Below, piece after piece: positions 25,565 to 35,706 of a stretch of DNA of 64,000 nt; position 1 is the stretch's first letter; each line of letters begins with the position of its first letter. Where the stretch lies: NCBI GenBank assembly GCA_963793865.1, contig CAWCBP010000014.1, positions 1 to 64,000 on the forward strand, written 5' to 3'. A model generated the notes under the pieces. That model saw nothing but the letters and a program-made list of their open reading frames with translations, did no database searches and had not been told where the DNA came from. The translations under genes and the position numbers were made by a program. This stretch comes from an uncultured delta proteobacterium. GTDB lineage: Bacteria > Desulfobacterota > WTBG01.

Positions 25565-26848
25565 TTAACGCATGTCCCGCGGCTGCCCCGTGCTTTCAAT
25601 GACACTGCTCCACAATCGGCCGTTGGGATCAATTTTCTTGCGCTGTGCTACGGCTGCCGGAATGGGGAGATGGGTAAACTCGTTTTTCCAGAACCCGACA
25701 ACCATATTTGTTCTCCCGGCCATGCCCGCGTGTGCTGCATTGTGGCCCATCAGCAGGCAAAAGGCGGAATCACGGGCATTGGCAGGCATGCTCCGGATCA
25801 TGTAGCTGGGATCTATGTACTTGAGCGATACGTCCGTGCCGCACTTTCCGAAATAGGAAATGATCTGGTTTTTCAGGAAAAGACCGATATCACCGAAGCG
25901 GATGTTTCCGGAAGCATCCTTTTCGCCCCGTTCCTCCATCAGATATTGACCCGCGCCTTCACCCACTACGATGAGGGCATGGCCCCTGTTGTTGAGCCTT
26001 TCTTCGAGGGCCTTGAGGAAGGTTGGAAGCGAAAAAGCCACCTCGGGTACAAGGCAAAAATTCACCTCGCTGTTGGCGAGAGTGGCATAAACCGCGATAA
26101 AACCTGACTCGCGGCCCATCAGCTTTACCAGGCCGATGCCGTTTCGCGCACCGATGGCCTCGGTGTGTGCCGAGTAGAGTGCCGTTCTTGATTCGGTAAC
26201 AGCGGTGTCAAAACCGAAGGACTGCTGCACATAGGATATGTCATTGTCTATGGTTTTAGGGATTCCGATGACGGAGATTTTCAGACCCCGCTTCTCTATT
26301 TCTTCCGCGATGGCCCGGGCGCCGCGCAATGTTCCGTCTCCCCCGATGGTAAAGAGGATGCCCAGATTCATTTTCTCCAGCGTATCGACCATATCAGCGA
26401 TGTCCTGGGATCCGCGTGAGGAGCCCAGGATGGTTCCCCCTATCTGGTGAATTGAATTGACATTGTCAGGGTTGAGAGCAAGCGGGGCATGTCCATAGCG
26501 TGAGGAAAGGCCCTCATAGCCATAGCGGAATCCAAACACCGTTTTTACACCGTAGTGGTAGAAGAGGCTCATAACAAGGGCCCTGATCACGTCATTGATA
26601 CCGGGGCAGAGCCCGCCACAGGTCACGATGCCGCAATTTAGCTGCGAGGGGTCAAAGAATATCCGCTCTCTCGGCCCCGCAAGCTCGAAGCGTGGCGGCT
26701 GCGTGCCCGCGTTGAGACAGGATTCAATCTCGGATACACTTGTGTGATAGAGCACATGCTCATGTGCTTTGATGAACGGAGTTCCCTTCATGGGTGAAGG
26801 AAAACGGCATTCACCCAACCGGGATACTTCAAAGTTAAGCGTGGGCAA
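25565..26848 (-). CDS. pfkA: ATP-dependent 6-phosphofructokinase (group II, clade X-like), probable TTG start
   Basis: TCGGLCPG, GGDGT, PKTIDND, KLMGRESG, KYIDPSYMIRS; AAGGAG RBS. Confidence 0.9.
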   Translation of the reverse strand: MPTLNFEVSRLGECRFPSPMKGTPFIKAHEHVLYHTSVSEIESCLNAGTQPPRFELAGPRERIFFDPSQLNCGIVTCGGLCPGINDVIRALVMSLFYHYGVKTVFGFRYGYEGLSSRYGHAPLALNPDNVNSIHQIGGTILGSSRGSQDIADMVDTLEKMNLGILFTIGGDGTLRGARAIAEEIEKRGLKISVIGIPKTIDNDISYVQQSFGFDTAVTESRTALYSAHTEAIGARNGIGLVKLMGRESGFIAVYATLANSEVNFCLVPEVAFSLPTFLKALEERLNNRGHALIVVGEGAGQYLMEERGEKDASGNIRFGDIGLFLKNQIISYFGKCGTDVSLKYIDPSYMIRSMPANARDSAFCLLMGHNAAHAGMAGRTNMVVGFWKNEFTHLPIPAAVAQRKKIDPNGRLWSSVIESTGQPRDMR

Positions 26849-26876
26849 GGTTATCTCCTTCTTGGAAGCACAGAGT

Positions 26877-26968
26877 TGGAGTAATGGAGTAGTGGAGTAC
26901 TGGAGTAATGGGAAAAACAGGCTCATTGTTCTTCCAGTACCGCATCACTCCATTACTCCATCACTCCA
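26877..26968. repeat. Inverted arrays of 8-bp TGGAGTAN repeats
   Basis: TGGAGTAA TGGAGTAG TGGAGTAC TGGAGTAA ... CATCACTC CATTACTC CATCACTC CA. Confidence 0.85.
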
Positions 26969-26973
26969 GTTTT

Positions 26974-27777
26974 TCACGGCAGCTTGCTCAGCCAGGAAGC
27001 ATCCTTAAACCAGCGGTCCACCAGGGTCTGCAGGCCGTCGCTTCCCTCAAGCGTCATGAGGAAATTCTGTACCCAGTTGATGAGCAGCGGATCATCGCCC
27101 GGAAGGGCTATGCCGAGCGGCTCAAAAGTGAAAGGCTCATCCAGGGTGGCCAGCTTTTTTCCGGGATTGCGGAGCACGGCGAGCGCGCAAAAGGGAAAAT
27201 CCGCAACCATGGCATCAACCTTCCCCTCAATAACCAGTGCCAGTGCCTTATCGTAATCGGTGGTGGTTTGGAGTTGTGCCGCGGGTATGACCGTTTTTAT
27301 CAGGGTCTGGCTGGTGGATCCTTCAAGCGCTACGATTTTTACATCGGGCGCGGCAAGATCAGCGGGGCTGCTCAGCGAATCCGCTTTTTCAGCTTTGGTG
27401 ACGATGGATTTGCCGGAAACAAAGTAGGGTCCGACAAAGGCAACTTTCAGGTTCCGGTCAGGGGAGATGCTCATGCCGGATATCACCATGTCCACCTTGC
27501 CGCTCAGCAGCGCCGGCAGCAGCTCGGCGAAGGGCATGGGGCTGAAGGAGAGCTTTACCCCCATGCCGGCTGCCATGTAGGTTGCCAGATCGGCATCAAG
27601 GCCGATGATCTGCCCCTCTTTGGTAGTTGCGTTAAGCGGCGGCTGATTGCCGGTTATACCCACTATCAGCTCCTGCCTTTGCAGAATGCGGTTGAGCGCG
27701 GGTCCGGCGTAAACAACACCTGGTGCGACGAGCGAGAGGCACAGAACAGTAGCAATCCGCAACCGGACTTTTTTCAT
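26974..27777 (-). CDS. Polar amino acid-type substrate-binding protein (SBP family 3)
   Basis: Signal peptide; QPPLN, GLDADLA, GKVDMVISGMSISPDR, EPLGIAL. Confidence 0.85.
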   Translation of the reverse strand: MKKVRLRIATVLCLSLVAPGVVYAGPALNRILQRQELIVGITGNQPPLNATTKEGQIIGLDADLATYMAAGMGVKLSFSPMPFAELLPALLSGKVDMVISGMSISPDRNLKVAFVGPYFVSGKSIVTKAEKADSLSSPADLAAPDVKIVALEGSTSQTLIKTVIPAAQLQTTTDYDKALALVIEGKVDAMVADFPFCALAVLRNPGKKLATLDEPFTFEPLGIALPGDDPLLINWVQNFLMTLEGSDGLQTLVDRWFKDASWLSKLP

Positions 27778-28940
27778 TCCTTCTTCTCCTCAGCAGGCTT
27801 GGCTTTTTGATACGGTGAAGCGACGATGAGGTAGGTCGTTTTCCCTCCCTCAGTGATCTTGCGGTAGAAAATCTTGTCATACTGGTAGTAGGTCAGGCCT
27901 TCCGTTTTAACTTCAACCGACTTTTCCGGTATGCTGTCCACCTCGACCCCGTAAGGAGCATCTACCACGACATAGATGTCCTTACCGTCCCGCTTGATCT
28001 TTTCGTAGAAGGTGTGTTCGCTTATATAATACGTTTTGCCGTTCACCTCGATGGTTTTCGGGTCAGAGAGCGAAGTGATTTCCGCCCCTTTGGGTGCCGA
28101 AATCTCAACGTACTGTACCTCACCCTTGGAATAGACCTGATTATACCAGACGCTGCCGCACTGATAGTAGGTTACATTGCCAACCTGGACCACGGTATGG
28201 GTGCAGGGCATGCCTACAAAGACGTAAGAGGGATAGTAGTGCTGGTCTGTAATGCCAGTAGTCCTCATACCAATCCTCCTAATAATCATCGTAAGTCATC
28301 AATGATAATCCTGGCGATTTTCCTGAATCCCGCGTGCTTTTGCATAGCTGCCATCGTAATTCTCACGACGCTCAGTGCGTGTTCCCTGCCGATCGTCCTG
28401 GCGAGCTGTCCGTTCATCCTGACGTTCAGTGCGTGTATCCTCCCGCTCACCCTGCCGATCGGTACGGGTGTCCTGACGGTCGCCCTGGCGATCGGTTCGG
28501 GTATCCTGCCGGTCGGTTTGGCTGGTCTGACGGTCGCCCTGGCGTTCGGTGCGGGTATCCTGTCGTTCACCCTGTTGGTCGGTGCGTGCAGTATCACGTT
28601 CGCCCTGGCGGTCGGAACGCCCTTGCTGGCGCTCTGCATTACTGCCGGCAACCAGGGGCTCCCGTTGACTGCGGGTATCCTGCCGCTGGCTGCGGCTGTC
28701 AAGCGATGAACTCTGCCGGCTCGAACCGTAGGATGAGGAGCGTGAATAACCCCGGCTGCTGCCGTAGCTTCCGCTGTTGCGGATTGATCCCATCGAGCCG
28801 CCGCCACGTGAGAAACCACCCCCACCCCTTCCCCCCCCACCGCCACGGCCACCACCACGGCCATCGGCCATGTGAAAGGGAACGATCAGAAGCAGGAGAG
28901 AGAGCACTGATATCCCTATGAGCATGTGTCCCTGTCTCAT
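27774..28940 (-). CDS. Exported Gly/Arg/Gln low-complexity repeat protein with DUF6515-like Tyr-rich C-terminus (two ORFs probably one frameshifted gene)
   Basis: Signal peptide, RGGG stretch, RQG(D/E)RQDTRT(D/E) repeats; junction reads DDY..EDWYEDYWHY in an alternative frame; C-term TYYQCGSVWY. Confidence 0.6.
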
Positions 28941-29779
28941 TGTGCACCTCCTTCATTGCTATCCCGCCGTTTTGACCCGACAACCTTTATCCGCCGGGCA
29001 CCTTCGGGAGTACTGAACTGAAATAGTGAGTCGGAAAATTGAGGCTCAACGTCCCATTCTTCTAAGCGGGCAGAAAGTTGCGGTTCTCCGGGCAGTTCTT
29101 TGTAGGTAATCACTATCTTCCGGATAAGCGGTTTATCACCACGGTCAACCCATATCTGCCAGTCAACTGATTCACCTCGAAAAGTGAGATGGTCACAGGC
29201 GATATCCTCAACAAAACCCACACCCATATACATTCCCGACAGGGCACGCTCGGAGAGGTGGGAAAGATCATTATAGAGAAGATCTGCCAGCGGGAGCGGG
29301 GATTCTGCAACCGTCTCCAAATAGTCAAGCATTGTATCAATTGTATCAGGAACCTTTATCTGAGCATACACTTTTTCACCTTCATCATACATGCTTGCAG
29401 TTTTTCCATCGTACCAGAGCCGGCGCCTTATGCCGTCATCATCCGTGCGCGTTATGAACATACGATCGGGGCGCTTAAGGCAGACATCAAACGAAGATAA
29501 GAACTGAAACTTCTGTCCGGTTTCCTGTACCACATCTTCCTCCTTGTACCCTTTAAGACGGAATTTCGGGAGACCGGCGAGATAATCGGTTGCTTTCTTT
29601 AAAATGGCGAGAGCTTCCGGATCGATTGCCGCTCCTTGATCGCCGGTGACCTGCTGGCTTGGGGTGTTGTCCGCCGCAAAAGCATGGTTTGCCGAGCCTG
29701 GATAGAGGATCAGACTGGAAAACAGGAAGGAAAGAATAGTAATCATGATAATGCGCACAAATGTTTTGAGTTTTTTCAT
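28937..29779 (-). CDS. DUF2092 periplasmic protein
   Basis: GQKFQF, KRPDRM, WYDGK, PLADLL, CDHLTFR, DWQIWV. Confidence 0.85.
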   Translation of the reverse strand: MKKLKTFVRIIMITILSFLFSSLILYPGSANHAFAADNTPSQQVTGDQGAAIDPEALAILKKATDYLAGLPKFRLKGYKEEDVVQETGQKFQFLSSFDVCLKRPDRMFITRTDDDGIRRRLWYDGKTASMYDEGEKVYAQIKVPDTIDTMLDYLETVAESPLPLADLLYNDLSHLSERALSGMYMGVGFVEDIACDHLTFRGESVDWQIWVDRGDKPLIRKIVITYKELPGEPQLSARLEEWDVEPQFSDSLFQFSTPEGARRIKVVGSKRRDSNEGGAQ

Positions 29780-29803
29780 AAAACCTCCTGAAGGTTACTG
29801 ATC

Positions 29804-29830
29804 AGATCCTTCGTTGCACTCAGGATGACA
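29804..29830. repeat. TGTCATCCTGAG-type REP-like half element
   Basis: AGATCCTTCGTTGCACTCAGGATGACA in intergenic gap. Confidence 0.55.
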
Positions 29831-29869
29831 AACCAACTGCTCGCTTCTATCTTTATTCGGCAACGTACT

Positions 29870-30493
29870 TTATTTGCCCTGCGCCATGGATGTGATGGCT
29901 GCTGCAATTTCGCGGCTCAACTGCTCAAGCGCCCCGCTTTCAGCCGCAACCAGGTCTTCATAGCCCGTTCCGCCTGTCGGGCGGGTGATAGTTGAGTGCT
30001 TCACTGAAAGAACCTGTTTGTTATCTCCCGAGGTGAGCGCCCAGCGGGCCGCCAGCATGGCGTTGCCGCCCAGATCGGCATCGAAGCGGGTAATATCCAC
30101 CTCGATTTGGTAATCAATATTCGCGGAGCCTGTCCAGGGGTAGAGGTAAATATGCTGTGTGAACAGCAAGGCAGATAAATTTTCTCCCAATGTGCGCGGT
30201 ACACTATCCTTTAGAGGTTCAGACCATTGGTCGAACTCTGCAAGATCAAGCTCGTGTGGACCCACAAGAGTAACGATCTGGGGACGGTCCACATATTCCG
30301 GAAGCGTAATGGGACCAACCCCAATGCGTATATCTTCAACTTTCCCGGCAGCAGGCGCTCCCGGTGTCGAAGGGGTGATAGGCTGCAGGAGGTAAAATCT
30401 AGTAGGTTGACTTCTACCCAGGCACCCGCAGAGTGAGATGAGGGTAACAAGGAATAGTACCATTGACAATCGTCTGGAAAGATTCGCAGCCAT
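29870..30493 (-). CDS. PqiC-like ABC transport auxiliary lipoprotein
   Basis: Lipobox LCGC; TRFYLL, LPEYVDRPQIV, WSEPL. Confidence 0.85.
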   Translation of the reverse strand: MAANLSRRLSMVLFLVTLISLCGCLGRSQPTRFYLLQPITPSTPGAPAAGKVEDIRIGVGPITLPEYVDRPQIVTLVGPHELDLAEFDQWSEPLKDSVPRTLGENLSALLFTQHIYLYPWTGSANIDYQIEVDITRFDADLGGNAMLAARWALTSGDNKQVLSVKHSTITRPTGGTGYEDLVAAESGALEQLSREIAAAITSMAQGK

Positions 30494-30494
30494 G

Positions 30495-31442
30495 CTAATT
30501 TCCTCCTTTGCCGCGGAGCAGTGATTCGGGATTCCTTTGAAGATAGTCGGTCAGGGCATTTAAGGAGCGTGCAGCATCGGCGAGTTCCTTGAGGCTATTG
30601 CTGAGCTCGTAGCGTATTACCGGAGTAGTGTCTTTGAGCTCCCCCTGAACTGCTGTGAGCGTGTTGGTAGCCTGGACCAGCGCCTCGCTGGTTTTTTTAA
30701 GGGTGCTTTCAACATTGGACGTCAACTGTCCCACACCGCCATCGAGATTTTTTATCAGAGTCCGGAGATCCTGAATGGTGTCCCTGAGGGTAACAACGGT
30801 GTCTTTCAGCTCAGGGGCATTTACCAGGCGCTCAATGCCCTCAATCGTCGCTGTAGCCTTGGCTATGAGCTCTTTAAAGGGCACCTCCTCAATGGCCTTG
30901 GCTATTTCATCCAATCGTGAAGGAATGGTAGGAATCTCGACATAGCTGCTCTCGGCGCCAACGAACCGTGACGGTTTATCGGGGTGAAAATCGAGCTGGA
31001 TCATAAGTTTTCCCGTAACCATGCTTTGGGAAACAAGCTGGGCCTTGAGCCCGCGGTCGATCATTACCTTAATTACCTTGCCTGCCTTCTGCATAGCTTC
31101 CCTGCGGGCCCGCCATTGCTGATAATCCTGCTTCTTCAGCAATGCGGAGGATTCCTTTATCATTTCCGGATCAATCTCCACCAGTACCGGTATCCGAATA
31201 TCAGAGAAATCCTCGCTTTCTAATTCCACTTTAATATCAATCACCGATCCTATTTTGATGCCTTTGAAGTTTACCGGGGCCCCCACGTCCAGCCCTGTGA
31301 GCGAACCGTCAAAGTAAAGCACAAAGGTTCTTGTCTCTGTTAGAAATTTGCCTGAGGAAAAGATGAAAAGACCGGCGACGGCCAGCGCCACCGCACCTAC
31401 GACGAACGCGCCGATGAGGGTCTTGTTGGGTTGACGGGCCAT
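30495..31442 (-). CDS. MlaD/MCE family protein
   Basis: IGAFV, GLDVGAPVNFKGIKIGSV, RNPESLLRG. Confidence 0.9.
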   Translation of the reverse strand: MARQPNKTLIGAFVVGAVALAVAGLFIFSSGKFLTETRTFVLYFDGSLTGLDVGAPVNFKGIKIGSVIDIKVELESEDFSDIRIPVLVEIDPEMIKESSALLKKQDYQQWRARREAMQKAGKVIKVMIDRGLKAQLVSQSMVTGKLMIQLDFHPDKPSRFVGAESSYVEIPTIPSRLDEIAKAIEEVPFKELIAKATATIEGIERLVNAPELKDTVVTLRDTIQDLRTLIKNLDGGVGQLTSNVESTLKKTSEALVQATNTLTAVQGELKDTTPVIRYELSNSLKELADAARSLNALTDYLQRNPESLLRGKGGN

Positions 31443-31499
31443 GAGGAGGTCTCCAGTAAGACGATTAATAATAAGTGAACGTCCAATGGAACATCCAGC

Positions 31500-32055
31500 A
31501 TTCAATAGAATACAGGAGACATTGGAGTAAACAGAATTGAAGCATGAATGGAATTATTCTTTCATTTACTCAGCCGTAACGAATGCTTATACAAAAATTT
31601 TACATCAGTTCATCTGTTATGCCAATTCTTATACTTGGTCAGTTTGTTTGCACATGGGACGCTTTCAATAAGTTTAAGAAGCTTTAGTTTCCCTAATTAT
31701 TCCAGGGCTATTCGAAGCCTATGAACGAAATCCTTTCATGTAATCTGCCGCAATTCCCATTTGGATAGGCATGAAGTTCCTGAATTTATTCGCAAGTCGA
31801 GCCAAGGGTTCCAATGCTTAGAAAATTGAAGTACTCGATGATAGCTTGATCTTTACAGTAAAATTCCAATGAGCGATTCCCGAATCATATCTATTCTTGA
31901 TTCAACCACCTTCGATCACATTACAGACAACTTCGAAATAATTTATATGTCATGGTGTTGTCAACTGCATCATGTTCAAACCCTGAATTTTTGAACGTTA
32001 TTGTTTCTTTCGATTTCATTACTTCCACACTCCACATGTTACTCAAGTACTCCAT
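31500..32055 (-). pseudogene. Heavily garbled four-helix-bundle (23S rRNA IVS-like) protein gene bounded by TGGAGTA/TACTCCA repeats
   Basis: Cross-frame fragments FK.FRV..DAVD, YC.....EYFNFLSI..LGS, KLLKLIES; AT-rich; repeat-like ends. Confidence 0.55.
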
Positions 32056-32059
32056 TTTT

Positions 32060-32837
32060 CTATGCCTCTTCTCCCCTGGTCAAAAAGCTGCGCAGCTTGG
32101 GATCCCTGGTTTCGCTCAGCAGCGCTTTGGGATTGCCCGTCGCGCTCATGGTGCGCTCGTCCGTGTCCAGGAAGACCGAGTTGTCGCCGATGGCAAAGAT
32201 GCTGGCAAGATCATGGGTGACGACAACAATGGTCGTGCCCAGGCTTTCCTTGAGCTCCAGAATGAGGTCATCGAGGCGCCGCGCGCTTACCGGATCCAGT
32301 CCGGCGGAGGGCTCATCAAAGAAGAGGATCTCCGGATCAAGCGCCATGGCCCGGGCCAGCCCCGCCCTCTTGCGCATACCGCCGCTTATCTCCGAAGGGT
32401 AGAACTCCTCGAAGCCCGACAGGCCCACCAGCGAAAGCTTGAGAGAAACCAGCTCCTGTATCTGAGAGGGAGAGAGATCGGTGTATTCCCCGAGAGGGAT
32501 GGCTACATTTTCCGCCAGGGTCATGGAGCTCCAGAGCGCGCCGCTCTGGTAAAGCACGCCGAATTGCCTCATCATGCGCTCCCGCTCTTCCTGTTCCACT
32601 TCCCAGAGGCTGATTTCTCCATAGAGCACCTTACCCCGGGCGGGTGCTTTCAGCCCGATGAGGTGGCGCATCAGCGTGCTCTTGCCGCAGCCGCTTCCCC
32701 CCATGATGATGAATACCTCTCCCCGCCCGATGGTGAAATTGAGGTCGCGCATGACCACAAAATCACCATAGGCCATGGTGAGATCATGGACGGTAATATG
32801 AGGGTCGTGGGTCTGGGATACTTGCTTCTTGAGTCAT
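32060..32837 (-). CDS. MlaF-like ABC ATP-binding protein (probable N-terminal frameshift)
   Basis: GGSGCGKS, ISGGMRKR, FFDEPSAGLD, VTHD. Confidence 0.9.
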
Positions 32838-32871
32838 AGCTTGGAATAGCATGAATTCCGAATATCGAAGA

Positions 32872-33059
32872 CAGAAGTCAGGAGTCAGAATTCAGAAGTC
32901 AATGGGATATGAGATCTGTGTTCAGAGATCCCTGATAAAGGCGGAAAAGGTTTTTATTGCATATCAGACATCTCTCATCATCGCCACATTCGCGGCTCAC
33001 GCCACTCCTCCAGGTTTTATTTTCCACTATTCCGGTTTCTGCCTTCTCCTCCTAAATTC
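32872..33059. repeat. 7-bp repeat-bounded intergenic element between mlaE and mlaF
   Basis: CAGAAGT CAGGAGT CAGAATT CAGAAGT at left; degenerate complement (TTCTGCCTTCTCCTCC) at right. Confidence 0.6.
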
Positions 33060-34191
33060 CCAGTGCGTTACAGATGACCGCCATCAGGCCGTCGGAGACG
33101 ATGATAAAGACGATTGATGTCACCACTGCGGAGGTGGCCGCGTCACCGACCGCCTGGGCGCTGCGCCCGCACTGCATGCCCCGGAGACAACCGGCAAGGG
33201 CGATCAGTACGCCGTAGACCACACTCTTGAAAAGGCCGATGTTGATGTTGGCCAGGTTGACCGCGGCTTTTGTCTCGACAAAATATTGCATGGGGGCAAT
33301 GTCCAGCATGCCGACTCCCACAAGCACGCCGCCCAGCATGCCCATGAGGTTGGCATAGAGGCAGAGGAGCGGCATCATGAGTATCAGTGCCAGCATGCGG
33401 GGAAGCACCAGGAATTCCATGGGAGAAATCCCCATGGTGGTGAGGGCATCGATCTCCTCGTTCACCTGCATGGTGCCGAGCTGGGCGGCGAAGGCGGCGC
33501 CGGTGCGCCCCGCCATGATGATGCCGGTCATCATGGCCCCCATCTCCCGCACCATGGCGATTCCCACCATGTCCGCCACGTAAATCTGCGCGCCGAAGAG
33601 CTTGAGCTGCACCGCCCCGACAAAGGCGAGGATCAGGCCCACCAGCAGGCTTATAAGGGAAACAATGGGCAGGGCCTGCGCGCCGCACTCCTGGATGATC
33701 AAGCCCAGATCGGACCGGCGGAATTGCGCCTTGCCCAGAAAAAACCTCACCATGGCCATGGTTGACGCCCCGATAAATTCAAGCATCTCCGCGGCTGAGC
33801 GGCCTGCTGCAAGAGTCCCCGCGCCTACCCTGGAAAGGAAAGGTTCGCGTCCTTTGGCCGCGTAGGTTTTCTTTTCAGGGACCGCCGTGGCAATGTCCAG
33901 CAGCCGCCTGACACCCTGCGGCAGCCCGCCCTTGTCACATTCGATCTTTTTTCCGAAACAGAGGTTGATGAGCTTGATCATGAAGGTGAGGAGGCTTGAA
34001 TCCCAGCCGGAGAGCAATTGGGTATCAAAGGTAACGCGGCGGATCTGCGGGTTGGCATCAACTTGATTTTTCAGGTCATCAAAGGAGGGTAGGGCATGCC
34101 CCGTTTTCCAGCAGCCGGCAAAGCTGACGCAGAGCGAATCAATGGCAGGCCGGCTAACATTCAGCTCACACCTTTCAGGTACTGTTTCCAT
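33052..34191 (-). CDS. MlaE family ABC permease with N-terminal STAS-like domain
   Basis: REMGAMMTGIIMAGRTGAAFAAQLGTM, EEIDAL, VGDAATSAVV. Confidence 0.9.
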   Translation of the reverse strand: METVPERCELNVSRPAIDSLCVSFAGCWKTGHALPSFDDLKNQVDANPQIRRVTFDTQLLSGWDSSLLTFMIKLINLCFGKKIECDKGGLPQGVRRLLDIATAVPEKKTYAAKGREPFLSRVGAGTLAAGRSAAEMLEFIGASTMAMVRFFLGKAQFRRSDLGLIIQECGAQALPIVSLISLLVGLILAFVGAVQLKLFGAQIYVADMVGIAMVREMGAMMTGIIMAGRTGAAFAAQLGTMQVNEEIDALTTMGISPMEFLVLPRMLALILMMPLLCLYANLMGMLGGVLVGVGMLDIAPMQYFVETKAAVNLANINIGLFKSVVYGVLIALAGCLRGMQCGRSAQAVGDAATSAVVTSIVFIIVSDGLMAVICNALGI

Positions 34192-34239
34192 AGGGGTGTC
34201 ACTGTATGCCTGTTGTGAGGTGTAGGGACGAAAATGAAA

Positions 34240-35067
34240 TTAGGGTATGCGCTCAGCCGGGGCTGAGGGAATCCATTGCTTGATGGTGCTTTTCAGCTTT
34301 CCGTTGCTTTTCCAGCATTCAAGAAAGCGATTTGCCGATTCCAGAAGCTTAGAGGTCATCTTTGCGGATGCCCCATGCAAGATTCTCTTCGGTCAAGAAG
34401 ATTGGAATCAGCGTGATGCCCTGAGGTTCTTTGGCAGTTGCGTTCCACCAGATAACCGGTGCATCCCCAATAACCATGTCGATTCGCTCCTCTATCAGGG
34501 CCTGCACGGCATCTTTGGTCAGAGTAAAAGGGATCTTTCGGGTGGTGAGATTAAATTCCTTCTGTACCAGGAAATCGCCCGTCGTTCCTTTCATAAAGCC
34601 GACCCTGCCCGGGGTATTTTTTATGGATGAAGCAGAAGGGTATAATGATACATCCTGATGGCGCACCAGGGTCATAAGACCGGCCTTAAGATAAGGGGAA
34701 GTAAAATTGATGCGTGTCTCCCTCATTTTGGTGACGGACATTCCTGACATAATGATATCGATTCTCTTTTCCAGAAGCGCCGGCATCAGATCATCCCATG
34801 CCAGCACCACAAATCGGGGAGTTTTTCCAAGTGACTGCGCAAGCGCATTTGCAAAATCAGCCTCGATCCCGGCGACCGGCCTTCCTGATAAAAGATGAGC
34901 GGCGGGGCAGAAGGCGCGACACCAATGCGCAAGCTATTTTCCGCAAGGGCAGCAGGTGCTGCTGCGGTTTTTCCCTTGTCTGTACCCGCACATCCTGAAA
35001 AAGCAAAAAGACTCACCATGCATGTGACCACAACCCACATTTTTTGCCCTGTTTTTTTACTGATCAT
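34240..35067 (-). CDS. SBP family 3 lipoprotein (frameshifts near 34890 and 34352)
   Basis: Lipobox FSGC, LRIGVAPSAPP, RIDIIMSGMSVT, LAWGIRKDD, tail ANRFLECWKSNG in shifted frame. Confidence 0.8.
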
Positions 35068-35309
35068 GTTTCAAAGCCTCCTGTATCGCAAGGATGTTTT
35101 AACGAAGGCTACAATACACTAATCTTTTGAAAAATCAACAAATTTCCTTTTCGTGGCCTCGCGGAAACGGTTGGTGCAAAGATATAAAAAGGCATAGCTT
35201 GTGAGAACGGTCTGTGCTATGGTGATTGAGGCGTACATCAAACTGTTATCCGAATTTTCCCTGCACAGGGGCTTAGTAGCTGTCAATCAAAACAGGAGAA
35301 ATATGAAAG

Positions 35310-35670
35310 ATGAAAACCACGCAATATTTTGATTACACACCTGAAGGTGGGTATCGGCAATTTGCCCTGAGGTTCCCGGTGCTAACGGACAAGGGGAAAC
35401 CATAGAAGACCAAGAATAATTTGAGATGAGGCCATAGAACTTATTCTGAAGACAGGTGAAATACTTCGTGGATTGCCCAGGATGATACAAGAAACTGCCC
35501 ACATTGAATTGAAGGACAGGAGGGATCGCCGAGACGAAAGAGTATAAAGTGAAAACATCCATATCGATGTAGATGAAAAGGGCAATATCGTAAGTATCCC
35601 CGACAATTGAACATGTAAAGCTAATGCAGGGCTACGGAAGATTCTCATATCAAGAAGTGTCTCGACAAAC
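35310..35670 (+). pseudogene. Garbled remnant of a small putative toxin gene plus DUF2283 antitoxin-like gene
   Basis: MKTTQYFDYT start; cross-frame VKYF, TAHIELKD, SENIHIDVDEKGNIVSI, TIEH. Confidence 0.5.
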
Positions 35671-35706
35671 CGCCTAATCATGATCGAAAAGATGGAGGAA
35701 CAGGAA

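Noticed and set aside
28370..28700. Possible CRISPR array
   Set aside because: Units are contiguous 33-bp in-frame coding repeats with no unique spacers and no cas genes
31780..32055. Dodecin-like reading (YFEVV...AHWNFTVKI) or selenocysteine readthrough at the TGA
   Set aside because: Spacing does not fit dodecin; multi-frame fragments fit a four-helix-bundle gene better; no SECIS evident
31500..32055. Diversity-generating retroelement (Avd-like accessory gene)
   Set aside because: No reverse transcriptase or TR/VR pair seen in the window
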